Shown here: one piece after another, positions 16,897-25,605 of the stretch
How the letters are laid out: every line of letters begins with the position of its first letter
How positions within the stretch are numbered: position 1 is the first letter of the stretch
Virus record (IMG/VR): IMGVR_UViG_3300047388_000107
Coordinates: 15,811-79,810 of that record
Direction: 5' to 3' (one strand)
Source of the DNA: a virus
Length of the DNA stretch: 64,000 bases
Notes under the pieces: model-generated
Told to the model about the DNA's origin: nothing
Seen by the model: only the letters and a program-made list of their open reading frames with translations
Databases searched by the model: none
Translations under genes and position numbers: made by a program

Positions 16897-18792
16897 TCAT
16901 TTTCGCATTCTCTGACCTGAATATCCTTCTGCATCTAACGGCAGTCCTTCTGTCCAAGACCGTGGCCGCCGCATGATCGCGCGCATCTGTTCTTCGCGTT
17001 GCTGGGCAATCTCCACCGGAGCTAAAGCAATAATACTATCGTAAACGTCTAGCAAGAGGGTTACGTCCGGCATTTCCCGCTCGATATCGTCTTCGCAAGC
17101 GGTAATGATATCCCGCGTCATGGCTTGGCAAGAAATTTCCAGCAAGCTGCCACCAAAGACTCTCTGCGGCAGCATCGCGCCGAATTTCGCGCGCCAGAAC
17201 CCCATGTTGCCTTCCGGACTGACAAAGCAGGAGTAATGTGGGATGGCGCGACCGCTTGGCAGCTGCATCCAGATGGTAGTGCCGTCTTTAATCAGCGCAA
17301 TCTTGCCAGCATGGAAAACCCGCCCTGCCGGTTCGTAGTAGCAGCTGTCAAATGCTGTCTTCAGATCGCGCCAAAGACGAACCATCAACGGGTTGGCATT
17401 GCGATAACCGTTGATGTCGTCTTGTGCTTTTTGTTCACTCATAGCCATACCTTTTAAACGCATCTGCGCCTTGTAGGTTTTCCAGCCCAACTGGTAGTTA
17501 CTACCAAGCGTTATGGTTTTTCCGTTCTGCCGTTCTCTGTCATGGGTGTCTTTGGTAGCTGCTGGAGGAAGTCCCCACATTCTGATAGCATTGTGCATGT
17601 AAAGGTCACCACCATCGGCCAGTAGTTGTAGACGGTCACCGTCTTTTGCCTGCCACAAGGCCAGTCGCAATTCTGCATTGGACAAATCATTATCAATAAG
17701 GACATAACCGGGCGGTGCAACGATGCACCCTCTTAGCGCATCTGTAAGCGCGAGGTTATCGTAACTATACCCGGCTTTCAGACCGGCTATCACTTCTTCA
17801 ACATCGTACTTGTTGGATGGTCGCGCGATGTTGAAGACGTTCACGCCCTCAGAAGTACCGCGCCCGGAGCGTGCGCCGTAGTAGCGCGTTGCGTCTTTGA
17901 AAAACCCGTTGACATGCCGGTCCAGCAGCGCTTGCGCTTTCATCGGAGCGTTGCCGCCATTGATCTGCAAAATTTCAAGCACGGTTCGGACATCCGGATG
18001 AAGTTCTGGATTTTCCAGAGCTTCTGCAACTTGGTGCTTCTGAGTACCTAACAGATTAGCTGCACGGTTACCGCTGTTCGACCAATCCAGAATGCGGGCA
18101 CGCTGGGAGATGGCTGTTACGATGCCACCAGTCACTTCGCGCAACTGGATGGACGCTTCTGCTTCAATCGCGGCACGGCGCATGGCAATGGCGGTCGCCA
18201 GTTCGATATCAATCGGCAATCCAACATCGTTCTTGCGCCATGACCGTTCGAATATGACACGCTCGCTGGCGTCCAGTTCTGGCAGCAGATTGTGAACTTG
18301 CATCAGGCAGCGGACATCCTGAACGTTGTACTCAAGAAGTTCACGGAACGTTTCAATACTCTCATGGAACTTGCCATTGCGCGGTCGGCACGTCTTCATC
18401 ACCAGCGCTCGGCCCCGCTTGTCCTTGCCGGGGATGTTCAGCGTCACGCACAGCTGGTCCAGCCCGCCCGGCAGCGACAGCGACTGCGCGCGCGCCATGG
18501 TGCAGGAGACTTTTGAAACCGGGAGGTTCAGAAAAGGGTTCTGGCCTTTGAGTACGTTGACATCGAAGCCAGCGTGGTGGGCGACGATCCTGTCGCATGC
18601 AAAAAGATCAGCATAAAGTTGTGAAATTGAGTGGGCTCCAACTTCTGGATGAATGGGACAGGCTGTTTTCATGGTACCGTTAAAATACCAGACGGCGGTG
18701 GTGATCTGGGTCGTAGGATCGACAGCATATCTTCTCGCGCCGACGATACGAAGATCCGCGCGAGACCGGGTTTCCAGATCGACAAACAGCAT
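16897..18792 (-). CDS. Family A DNA polymerase with 3'-5' exonuclease (APSE-like)
   Basis: Exo I DLETRS; motif A DLSNAELR; motif B RQNGK...LG..Y; motif C VYDS; GAGG RBS before ATG 18792. Confidence 0.93.
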   Translation of the reverse strand: MLFVDLETRSRADLRIVGARRYAVDPTTQITTAVWYFNGTMKTACPIHPEVGAHSISQLYADLFACDRIVAHHAGFDVNVLKGQNPFLNLPVSKVSCTMARAQSLSLPGGLDQLCVTLNIPGKDKRGRALVMKTCRPRNGKFHESIETFRELLEYNVQDVRCLMQVHNLLPELDASERVIFERSWRKNDVGLPIDIELATAIAMRRAAIEAEASIQLREVTGGIVTAISQRARILDWSNSGNRAANLLGTQKHQVAEALENPELHPDVRTVLEILQINGGNAPMKAQALLDRHVNGFFKDATRYYGARSGRGTSEGVNVFNIARPSNKYDVEEVIAGLKAGYSYDNLALTDALRGCIVAPPGYVLIDNDLSNAELRLALWQAKDGDRLQLLADGGDLYMHNAIRMWGLPPAATKDTHDRERQNGKTITLGSNYQLGWKTYKAQMRLKGMAMSEQKAQDDINGYRNANPLMVRLWRDLKTAFDSCYYEPAGRVFHAGKIALIKDGTTIWMQLPSGRAIPHYSCFVSPEGNMGFWRAKFGAMLPQRVFGGSLLEISCQAMTRDIITACEDDIEREMPDVTLLLDVYDSIIALAPVEIAQQREEQMRAIMRRPRSWTEGLPLDAEGYSGQRMRK

Positions 18793-18810
18793 TTTCAACC
18801 TCGAACTCTT

Positions 18811-18847
18811 CAAAACAAACCCCGGAGTGGGATGAGCACTCCGGGGT
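18811..18847 (-). terminator. Intrinsic terminator-like hairpin between SSB and PolA
   Basis: 11-bp stem ACCCCGGAGTG/CACTCCGGGGT followed by TTGTTTTG on the minus strand. Confidence 0.55.
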
Positions 18848-18886
18848 CCGGCTCCTCTCACAGAGCCTTCCCTGCAACGCCAGTTC

Positions 18887-19666
18887 TCAAGAGCGCTGCG
18901 GGAAGCCGGTGGGCGGGGTAAACGCGCCCGGAGTACCAAAGCCCTGCTGAGCTGGCGGGCTCACAGGCGACGGCGCCAGCCCCTGCTGGCCCCAGTTAAG
19001 AGGAGGTGCCGTAGCCAGAATTGGCAGAGGCTCAGTGCCGAAACCATGCTGCGGTACGCCGCTGCCTCCAAAGCCGGTCACGTTCATTCCAGCGGCTCGC
19101 GCCTGCTCCATCAGTTCATTGGCGCTGGTAGCGTTGCCCATAATGATCTCTTCGCCGCTACCCATGAAGATGACCTTGTTGATGTACGTTTTGATGCCGC
19201 GCGGATCGTTTGCTTTGACAGCAATGGAAGTGGTGATGGACACGTAATCACCACTTTTGACTTCACCGCGAGCATGCGACGGCAACGATACCGGAACGCC
19301 ACCACGATTGATAAACACTTCGATAGGAGAAGTGGACGAACCGTTCAAAATCCAGCTGCCTTTGCGCCATTCAGCTGCTGCTCTGCCAAGTTCGTCAACG
19401 TCACCGTCCTTGATTGGCCAGATAACTTGCTGAAACGGAATATGCGTAAGTGCTGCGTTATAAAGTTCGGTGCAAGACTGCGCGAATTTTTCGAGAGCCG
19501 GTTCTTCGTGCCAAGCTGCACGGGTTTTCTTGATAAGGACGGTGACGAGATAATTCGGTTTGTCTATTTTCTTGCCTTGGTATTCAGTGGATGGGTCCCA
19601 AAGATTACGCAAACCAGCAATGCGCGCATCGTAGATCGCAGACTGTTTGTAAATTCGTTGTGCCAT
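18887..19666 (-). CDS. ssDNA-binding protein (DUF2815/T7 gp2.5-like)
   Basis: P.Y.V..LI.K, PIKDGD, SGDY, GI..Y.N.V motifs; lies between DUF2800 and PolA. Confidence 0.8.
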   Translation of the reverse strand: MAQRIYKQSAIYDARIAGLRNLWDPSTEYQGKKIDKPNYLVTVLIKKTRAAWHEEPALEKFAQSCTELYNAALTHIPFQQVIWPIKDGDVDELGRAAAEWRKGSWILNGSSTSPIEVFINRGGVPVSLPSHARGEVKSGDYVSITTSIAVKANDPRGIKTYINKVIFMGSGEEIIMGNATSANELMEQARAAGMNVTGFGGSGVPQHGFGTEPLPILATAPPLNWGQQGLAPSPVSPPAQQGFGTPGAFTPPTGFPQRS

Positions 19667-19684
19667 GAAAGTTCTCCATTTGAG

Positions 19685-19716
19685 AGTTCGAGGGTTCGAG
19701 GGTTCGAAGGTTCGTA
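19685..19716. repeat. Four tandem 8-bp repeats GTTCG(AGG/AGG/AAG/TAA)
   Basis: Read directly; just upstream of the SSB RBS. Confidence 0.6.
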
Positions 19717-19810
19717 ACGATAGCATCATCGGATAGTGTAGTTCGATTGTCAAGCCTATTAGCTTTCAGTAAAATTTTTTCCTAGAAATTTTTCAGATAG
19801 CTTTCCTACA

Positions 19811-20836
19811 TCAGTATCTCGCTTTGAGTTCGCTTTCAGGTTTATGAGATGCCAATTCAGCATATTGCGCGGCTTCGTTCGATAGTTTCTTGGCAGCAGC
19901 TGGCGTGACCGGCTTGACCCCTTTGGCACCGGCCAGCTTCCACAGCGTTTCAGCGGCTTGACGATCATCGTTCCACGCGGCCCATTTTACCGATGGCTTG
20001 AGTTCAGCACCGTCAACAACTGCGCCGTTCTTGAGGCGACTGGTCAGTTCGGTTTCCAGCAAATCCTTCATGTCGGAAACGCCTCTGATAATTCGCAGCA
20101 TTCGTACCAGTTCAGCTGGCAGCAGGATCGACGGATCGCGCGAAATCGCACCCATCAGAAAGTTGGCATCCTGCGACATCGCCGGGCATTTCGAAAACGC
20201 TGAGCACCAGCGGCAATGCGGGCCGGGAATAGGTGGTCCGCTGTAGGCAATAGCGTTCTCGACCAGACGGAGGTGGTTCTCGACTTCGGCGCGCGTATGA
20301 AGGTACTGCTTGAAACCATCCTGCTGTTCAGGATTGATCTTGTTCATCCACGAGTTGGGCTGGAAGATCACCAGCCTGAACCATTGCGCATTCGGATGGT
20401 CTTCCAGAAATGTCGCGGCGTAGGTCAGCATCTGCTTGTTGTCTTTGGCTTCGACGTCCCAGCCGCCGTTTTTGTAATCCAGCACCGTAATGATTTCCGG
20501 TCCGGTATGACCAACATCCAGATGGCCCCAGCAGCCTTTCATCAGCCAGACGCGCTGCTCGATCAGCACATGGCCAGCTCCCAGCTGGGCGACGAAATCG
20601 CGGATGTACTTTACGATCTCGCTGTCAGGCATGTTCTTGGGCGGCGGCAGCCACGGTGGCGGCGGCGTCGGTATTTCGCCTGTACGCAACGCCTTCTCGA
20701 CTACGGCATGAACGCGCGAACCCTCGATAGCTGCAGGGTTTGGCCGTTGCGGCAAGCCTTGCGACAGTCTGGCAGAAGGCGGACATGCCATCCAGCGTGC
20801 GGCGGAAGACGGTGCGTAGACGGCGTGTTCAGTCAT
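19811..20836 (-). CDS. DUF2800 PD-(D/E)XK (Cas4-like) nuclease
   Basis: H....PSSA.RW..CP, EG...H, G..D, DYK.G, Q...YA, C.WC.....C. Confidence 0.88.
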   Translation of the reverse strand: MTEHAVYAPSSAARWMACPPSARLSQGLPQRPNPAAIEGSRVHAVVEKALRTGEIPTPPPPWLPPPKNMPDSEIVKYIRDFVAQLGAGHVLIEQRVWLMKGCWGHLDVGHTGPEIITVLDYKNGGWDVEAKDNKQMLTYAATFLEDHPNAQWFRLVIFQPNSWMNKINPEQQDGFKQYLHTRAEVENHLRLVENAIAYSGPPIPGPHCRWCSAFSKCPAMSQDANFLMGAISRDPSILLPAELVRMLRIIRGVSDMKDLLETELTSRLKNGAVVDGAELKPSVKWAAWNDDRQAAETLWKLAGAKGVKPVTPAAAKKLSNEAAQYAELASHKPESELKARY

Positions 20837-21231
20837 TTGACTACTTTCAACGGTGTAATTTGTGCTGCGATAAATTCCGGATGTTTGGTTTTCATGTGCC
20901 GTTCCATCTGGCTCACGGTACGATTGCAACAAGGGCAAGTGCCAGCTGCCGCGCGTTTTTTCAAACGCTTGGTTTCTTTTTGTGCTCGCAGCGCTTCACG
21001 TCGTGCTTCTGCTGTTTCTTGTTCAGCCCGTGCCAGTTGCTGACGTGCAATGTCGCGTTCGCGGCGCATTTTTTCTTCATCACTTTCGTCAGGAACATGT
21101 TGCCGGTGTCCGTTAGGGCAATAGAACGAAGCATGCGTCTTTTGTTTTCCTTTGTACCACCAATCTGGCACTGCAAAAGCGATGCCGCAGTCATCATAAC
21201 AGCAAGTGATGACAATATCAGACACGATCAT
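20833..21231 (-). CDS. Zn-finger/coiled-coil protein
   Basis: CxxxC..CPNGH, coiled coil, CPCC...H....H. Confidence 0.7.
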   Translation of the reverse strand: MIVSDIVITCCYDDCGIAFAVPDWWYKGKQKTHASFYCPNGHRQHVPDESDEEKMRRERDIARQQLARAEQETAEARREALRAQKETKRLKKRAAAGTCPCCNRTVSQMERHMKTKHPEFIAAQITPLKVVK

Positions 21232-21743
21232 TGCTTTGCTTTAGCTCGTTTGGGTTTAGGCGGTGGAGCTGTGTAGTCATCTAGCTGCTGTTGCATTTTA
21301 AGTAGCAGCTTTTCAATTTCTTCAGGGGTTGTCCATGGATCGATAGGCAAGCTTGCAAAAAGCTTGACCTTAGCGAACCCATGTTGAGCACGATTACGGC
21401 ATGTCTTGCGGTCAGGAGCGCGAACCAGAATTGGAAATCTAAATCTCATCCCGTTGGATAGCTTGACTTCTCCACCCTGTACCCATGCCGGTTCCTGCTT
21501 GGTTTTCAGTGTAAAAAGGTTCAGTCCATCTTTGATATGCTGGCATTCAATAACGAGACCGTAGCCTCCTGTTTCTACTTTTTCACGCAGCTTTCGGATA
21601 CACCGGTCCCACTGCAATGCAATGCGAGCCAGTTGCCAGTTGTATTTCGGGCCTTCTTCAAGAGCCTTCTTAATTTTTTTAACGTTGCTCTTTATGCGTT
21701 CGTCTTCACCGGGTGGCAGGGGACTTCTGCTCCATTCGCTCAT
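21228..21743 (-). CDS. Hypothetical protein (possible winged helix)
   Basis: GGAGG RBS; coupled to the next gene. Confidence 0.55.
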   Translation of the reverse strand: MSEWSRSPLPPGEDERIKSNVKKIKKALEEGPKYNWQLARIALQWDRCIRKLREKVETGGYGLVIECQHIKDGLNLFTLKTKQEPAWVQGGEVKLSNGMRFRFPILVRAPDRKTCRNRAQHGFAKVKLFASLPIDPWTTPEEIEKLLLKMQQQLDDYTAPPPKPKRAKAKQ

Positions 21744-21762
21744 GACAGTCCTCCAATTGGTA

Positions 21763-21790
21763 GCCGGGATCGGTTGCCGCCGATCCCGGC
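21763..21790. other. Perfect 11-bp intergenic hairpin
   Basis: GCCGGGATCGG-6 nt-CCGATCCCGGC; no clear U-tract. Confidence 0.55.
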
Positions 21791-21834
21791 CCGCAAACAG
21801 CTGTGAAAGCATAAACAGCTATTTACGTTTTGCG

Positions 21835-22287
21835 TCATCCCAACGAGATACCCAGCTGCGGAGCGATCTGCTCCAGTTGCGCCTTGCTCATGCGCGGAAT
21901 GAAAACTTGCTTCAACTGCTCTACCGTAGCGTCTTTAGCATCCGGTCCAATCTGCTGGCGAAACCACGTTACGATGGCTTCTGCCGGTTGCCCGCTCGAA
22001 ATAGCACCGTCAATACGGGCCAAGATGGCGGCAACCAGCGGATGGGCGGGAGGAGGAGTAGGTCCGTTGGCACCGGGAAAACCGGAAGCCTGCTGAGCCT
22101 GCGGAGGGGCGAAGCTCTGTGCCGGGAGCGGAGTAGCGGCAGCGATGCCAGCATTCATCTGCGCTACCTTTTCAGTAACCTCCTCCACCGTCGGTGCATC
22201 TTCTTCCTTCCTGCCGCGCGTTCGCTTGCCGCTAGTACGAAAAATTTCCATCTCTTCCCACGTGTCAAATTCAACTGTGATTTTCAT
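21835..22287 (-). CDS. Hypothetical protein of the replication cluster
   Basis: Short beta N-terminus, Pro/Ala linker, helical C-domain. Confidence 0.65.
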   Translation of the reverse strand: MKITVEFDTWEEMEIFRTSGKRTRGRKEEDAPTVEEVTEKVAQMNAGIAAATPLPAQSFAPPQAQQASGFPGANGPTPPPAHPLVAAILARIDGAISSGQPAEAIVTWFRQQIGPDAKDATVEQLKQVFIPRMSKAQLEQIAPQLGISLG

Positions 22288-22484
22288 TATGACTGCTCCC
22301 GGCCCCTGATTAAACGTCGTACCAGCGAACGGGCCTTAAACTCGCTCCGACGATCTGATGTTGTGACACTGCAAACGATGGTAGGAAGACCGTTTGCCTT
22401 GATCTTGAAATGCTTATTGCGTTCGATCCGGTACTCGATACCGGCGCGGTCCAGTTCTTCAGTGGTGACACTGAGGGTCGTCAT
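22287..22484 (-). CDS. Small HicA-fold-like protein
   Basis: KH.K...G...V...T.SD.R....RS..RR pattern. Confidence 0.45.
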   Translation of the reverse strand: MTTLSVTTEELDRAGIEYRIERNKHFKIKANGLPTIVCSVTTSDRRSEFKARSLVRRLIRGREQS

Positions 22485-22527
22485 GTCTGATGAACCTTTC
22501 TGGCTTTGTCGTACCAGCCTTTTACCA

Positions 22528-22662
22528 TCATGCGCCCGTTCGCTGACTTGCGCATTTTACGCATCTGTTTCGACTGCGATATCGTAAAGTATTACGACAA
22601 CGCCAACACGGATCACCGTTAAATGTTTCAGTTGTCGATCTGATGAATACGTCCGTCTGCAT
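22528..22662 (-). CDS. 44-aa Zn-finger peptide (F.G.PCxxC...RY....CVKC)
   Basis: Read manually; overlaps the helicase 3' end. Confidence 0.4.
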   Translation of the reverse strand: MQTDVFIRSTTETFNGDPCWRCRNTLRYRSRNRCVKCASQRTGA

Positions 22663-24241
22663 CGTACCATCCTTTTACAGTGATGCGACCATTTGCGGAT
22701 TTACGTAGATAAACGCTAACTATTTTTGTTGGTAATATCTGAAACGGCCAAATCACGGTGGCATATTTGGTGGGTATTTGCCACGTGGTTCCGTAGCGAA
22801 ATGGCGGTTCGCAAATTTCCTGCCACGGGTTGGCTGCGATGATTTCCGAGACGTTGACTAGCGCGTTGGTAGCTCCTCGCTCGGTCAGGTCTTTGCCGGG
22901 TTTTTGGACTGAGGTATTATCGTATCCACAATGCGGACAGACAGGGTGAAGCCACGTGGCGTAAATTCCATTGCAGGCGTTACAACTTTTAACGGAAGTT
23001 TGGCGCAAGCCACAGTGAGGGCAGACAGCACCGTGATAATGCTGGTCAAATCTTTCCGTGCAACCTTTGCATTTCGTAGCGCTCTGATGAATTCGTCCAC
23101 ATTTTGGGCATGTCCGGCCATGTTCCCACGTCTCCCATTCGGTGTCGCAGCTTTCACAAACCAGCACGGCACCGGGTGCAGCTGCAATCTGATCCAGCGA
23201 ACCATGACGCGAGACGTTACCGCCGAAATCTAGCACCGCGCAGTTTTGTGCGTGCGGCGTGATCCGCGCACCTCTGCCCAACGACTGGGCAAAGAACACT
23301 GGCGACTTGGTGGCGCGGCAGTACGCCAGCATGTCGACGTCCGGAACGTTGAAACCGGTATCGAACATCGCAACGCTGATCATAATGGGTAGCTCAAGCG
23401 CTCTGAACTTAGTGACCATTTTCTCGCGCTTGCCCTTGACCGACATGCTGTGAACGGCGGCGGCCTCGACGCCTAACTTGTTTAGTTTCTCTTCCAAGAT
23501 GTCGGCATGCACGATGTTGCAAGCAAACACCAGCACGCATTTGCGCCGCTGCCGTTCCATGGTCTTGACGATGGCTTTGGTATGAACTGGTGACAGAGCT
23601 ATCGCTCTGCTCGCTTGTTCTTCCAGATCGTAATCTTCACCGACAACCTTGAGACCATCGACATCGATCTCAGCGGCGTGATCCGAATAGGCCGGGATCA
23701 GCGGCTTGACATAGCCATCCTGTAGCGCGTCCAAGAAACTGTACTTGAAAATGATGGGACCGAAGGTCTTCTCCAGACTTCCGGTCCCATCAGCGCGAAA
23801 CGCCGTACCCGTTAATCCGCGCACTTTGGCATTAGGAATTGCTTCGAATACCTGTCGGTAGCTTGAAGTCTTGTTCACCGGAGTGCGGTGGACTTCATCA
23901 ACCAAAATGAGTGTTACGTCCTGAAAATACTTGGTCCTGCGAACTACCGTCTGCACGGTCCCGACAGTGACCTTTCGATAAACATTTTTTGCAATAGAAG
24001 CAGAGCAGATGCCGGGCTGGAGGCCGACTTGCTGGCAAGCCAGAACATTCTGCAGCACCAGTTCTTTGTTGTGAGCGAGGATCAGCGTGCGGCCAGTCGT
24101 GTTGGCAGCAGCCAGCGCGCCCAAGATTAACGACTTGCCACCGGCTACCGCAACCTCCGCAACAGCCATTTTTTCAGGATACGCAAACAGCGCGTCGATG
24201 CATTCGGTCTGATGGGTGCGGAGGATGATTGGCTTGTTCAT
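22628..24241 (-). CDS. Superfamily 2 DEXH helicase (RadD/YejH-like) with Zn ribbons
   Basis: LR..Q, GGKS, DEVH, LTGT, TGFNVP, Q.LGRG.R, LDFGGN..RHG; six CxxC. Confidence 0.92.
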   Translation of the reverse strand: MNKPIILRTHQTECIDALFAYPEKMAVAEVAVAGGKSLILGALAAANTTGRTLILAHNKELVLQNVLACQQVGLQPGICSASIAKNVYRKVTVGTVQTVVRRTKYFQDVTLILVDEVHRTPVNKTSSYRQVFEAIPNAKVRGLTGTAFRADGTGSLEKTFGPIIFKYSFLDALQDGYVKPLIPAYSDHAAEIDVDGLKVVGEDYDLEEQASRAIALSPVHTKAIVKTMERQRRKCVLVFACNIVHADILEEKLNKLGVEAAAVHSMSVKGKREKMVTKFRALELPIMISVAMFDTGFNVPDVDMLAYCRATKSPVFFAQSLGRGARITPHAQNCAVLDFGGNVSRHGSLDQIAAAPGAVLVCESCDTEWETWEHGRTCPKCGRIHQSATKCKGCTERFDQHYHGAVCPHCGLRQTSVKSCNACNGIYATWLHPVCPHCGYDNTSVQKPGKDLTERGATNALVNVSEIIAANPWQEICEPPFRYGTTWQIPTKYATVIWPFQILPTKIVSVYLRKSANGRITVKGWYDADGRIHQIDN

Positions 24242-24262
24242 GATTTACGTATACGCTATCGC

Positions 24263-24520
24263 TTACGGATTGTCAACACCGTTGAGATATTTTTTATGCG
24301 CGTCCAGTATTTCTTGGCCGAATGTCTTGATGCGACCAGTCATAGCATTCAGCATGGTAGCGTGATCTCTGATCTGGTTCTCGATGCCTTCACTCAATGC
24401 TTTGGTGCTCGCCAACAGGTTCTGCGCCTCAAGCACGTTGTCTTCAGCCGATTTCAGCAATACCTTGATGAGCTGCTGAGCTATTTCTTCAAATTCATAC
24501 GGAGGTTTTTCCACGTTCAT
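24263..24520 (-). CDS. Small coiled-coil protein
   Basis: Homologous to 38081-38440 (Y.FE...AED...EAQ...R.K..G...L.A..K..G). Confidence 0.65.
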   Translation of the reverse strand: MNVEKPPYEFEEIAQQLIKVLLKSAEDNVLEAQNLLASTKALSEGIENQIRDHATMLNAMTGRIKTFGQEILDAHKKYLNGVDNP

Positions 24521-24667
24521 TCTCTCGCTCCTGCCATTCCATGCATGCTTGGACTGCTTTCTCTCTGGTTCGGATGTTGGTTTGCACGACTTCGCATCGA
24601 GTAAACGTTGCATCTACCCTGATGATCTCCCAGATGCTGTTGTCTTCCACGGCAAAATACAAATCGT

Positions 24668-24696
24668 TTGACACTGTGATGCTCCCTGATTAGAAC
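24668..24696 (+). promoter_or_regulatory. Putative sigma70 promoter for the gcrA-like gene
   Basis: TTGACA-17 bp-TAGAAC. Confidence 0.45.
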
Positions 24697-24728
24697 TTAT
24701 CGCATACGTTATCGGAAAGGATTAGTCA

Positions 24729-25091
24729 ATGAGAATGGTTTGGACTAAGGAGATGGATATTGCATTGAAAGTTTTGATCGAAGAAGGAGTATCCTACAAA
24801 CAGATCGCAAAACAACTGAGTGCCGCATACGGTCTCGAGTTCACCAAGAATTCCTGTGTTGGAAGAGCCAACAGGCTGAGAAGGCCATCCCCACCACCGC
24901 CACAAAAAGTGACGATCTACGATCTGCGCGATGACCGCTGCAAATGGATATTGGGAGCTGTCAATGACAAGCCTCCGTATCTGTACTGCGGCAAACCCAC
25001 CGGAGAACTTGGCATCTCATGGTGCCCGGTCCACGCCAGAAAAGTGTTCAACAAGACTAACGACATCGCCAAGATTTACCTCCGTGCGTGA
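24729..25091 (+). CDS. gcrA: GcrA-family cell-cycle regulator homologue
   Basis: WT.E...L...G.S..QIA..L...T.NS..G...RL plus I.DL....CKW..G...YCG......WC..H. Confidence 0.85.
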   Translation: MRMVWTKEMDIALKVLIEEGVSYKQIAKQLSAAYGLEFTKNSCVGRANRLRRPSPPPPQKVTIYDLRDDRCKWILGAVNDKPPYLYCGKPTGELGISWCPVHARKVFNKTNDIAKIYLRA

Positions 25092-25605
25092 TCACTTTGT
25101 GCATGTCGTGCTGTTGACAGACATCTCTCACATCTAAACTAGCCAGCATCTGGCGCGTTGCACGAAACGTGCGGTTCATGAATTTTCGCCGGGCATCCCA
25201 GTTCGTATCTGCTGTTGCGTCTATAAAATTTTTCTCTTCTGGCGTAGCCACGGGGATGATGCGCTCAGTCTTGACCACTACTACCGGAGGGTTAAGACCA
25301 AAATTGAGAGAATGAGCTATCTCGGCTGGTGTTTGTTTTCCGTAAGCATCCCTGAGCGCCTTGGCTTTCTGTTCTTCAGTTGGAAACTTTGGTACTGTTG
25401 GGGCTCCAATCAGCATGGTGCCTGTTTTGTATGCGTCTTCTTTCTGCTTTTCAGGAGGCTGAATTTTAACGAGTTCTTCGTCGGTTACGAGCGGTCTTTG
25501 CAGCCCCAGCACCGTCATATTATCGGGCTTCATCCGCGTCCCCTCCAGTCTTTGTTGAGCCGATACAGCCGTTGTCATCAGCAGCAAAGCGACAAGTGTT
25601 TTCAT
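25057..25605 (-). CDS. Putative exported protein
   Basis: Signal peptide MKTLVALLLMTTAVSA; C-terminal DVC..H.M.K......WRC. Confidence 0.65.
   Translation of the reverse strand: MKTLVALLLMTTAVSAQQRLEGTRMKPDNMTVLGLQRPLVTDEELVKIQPPEKQKEDAYKTGTMLIGAPTVPKFPTEEQKAKALRDAYGKQTPAEIAHSLNFGLNPPVVVVKTERIIPVATPEEKNFIDATADTNWDARRKFMNRTFRATRQMLASLDVRDVCQQHDMHKVITHGGKSWRCR

Noticed and set aside
19685-19716. LexA boxes in the GTTC repeats
   Set aside because: Period is 8 bp, not the 11 bp required for GTTC-N7-GTTC
19811-20836. cas4 gene
   Set aside because: Cas4-like fold, but the DUF2800-SSB-PolA context marks a phage replication nuclease; same for 36576-37319
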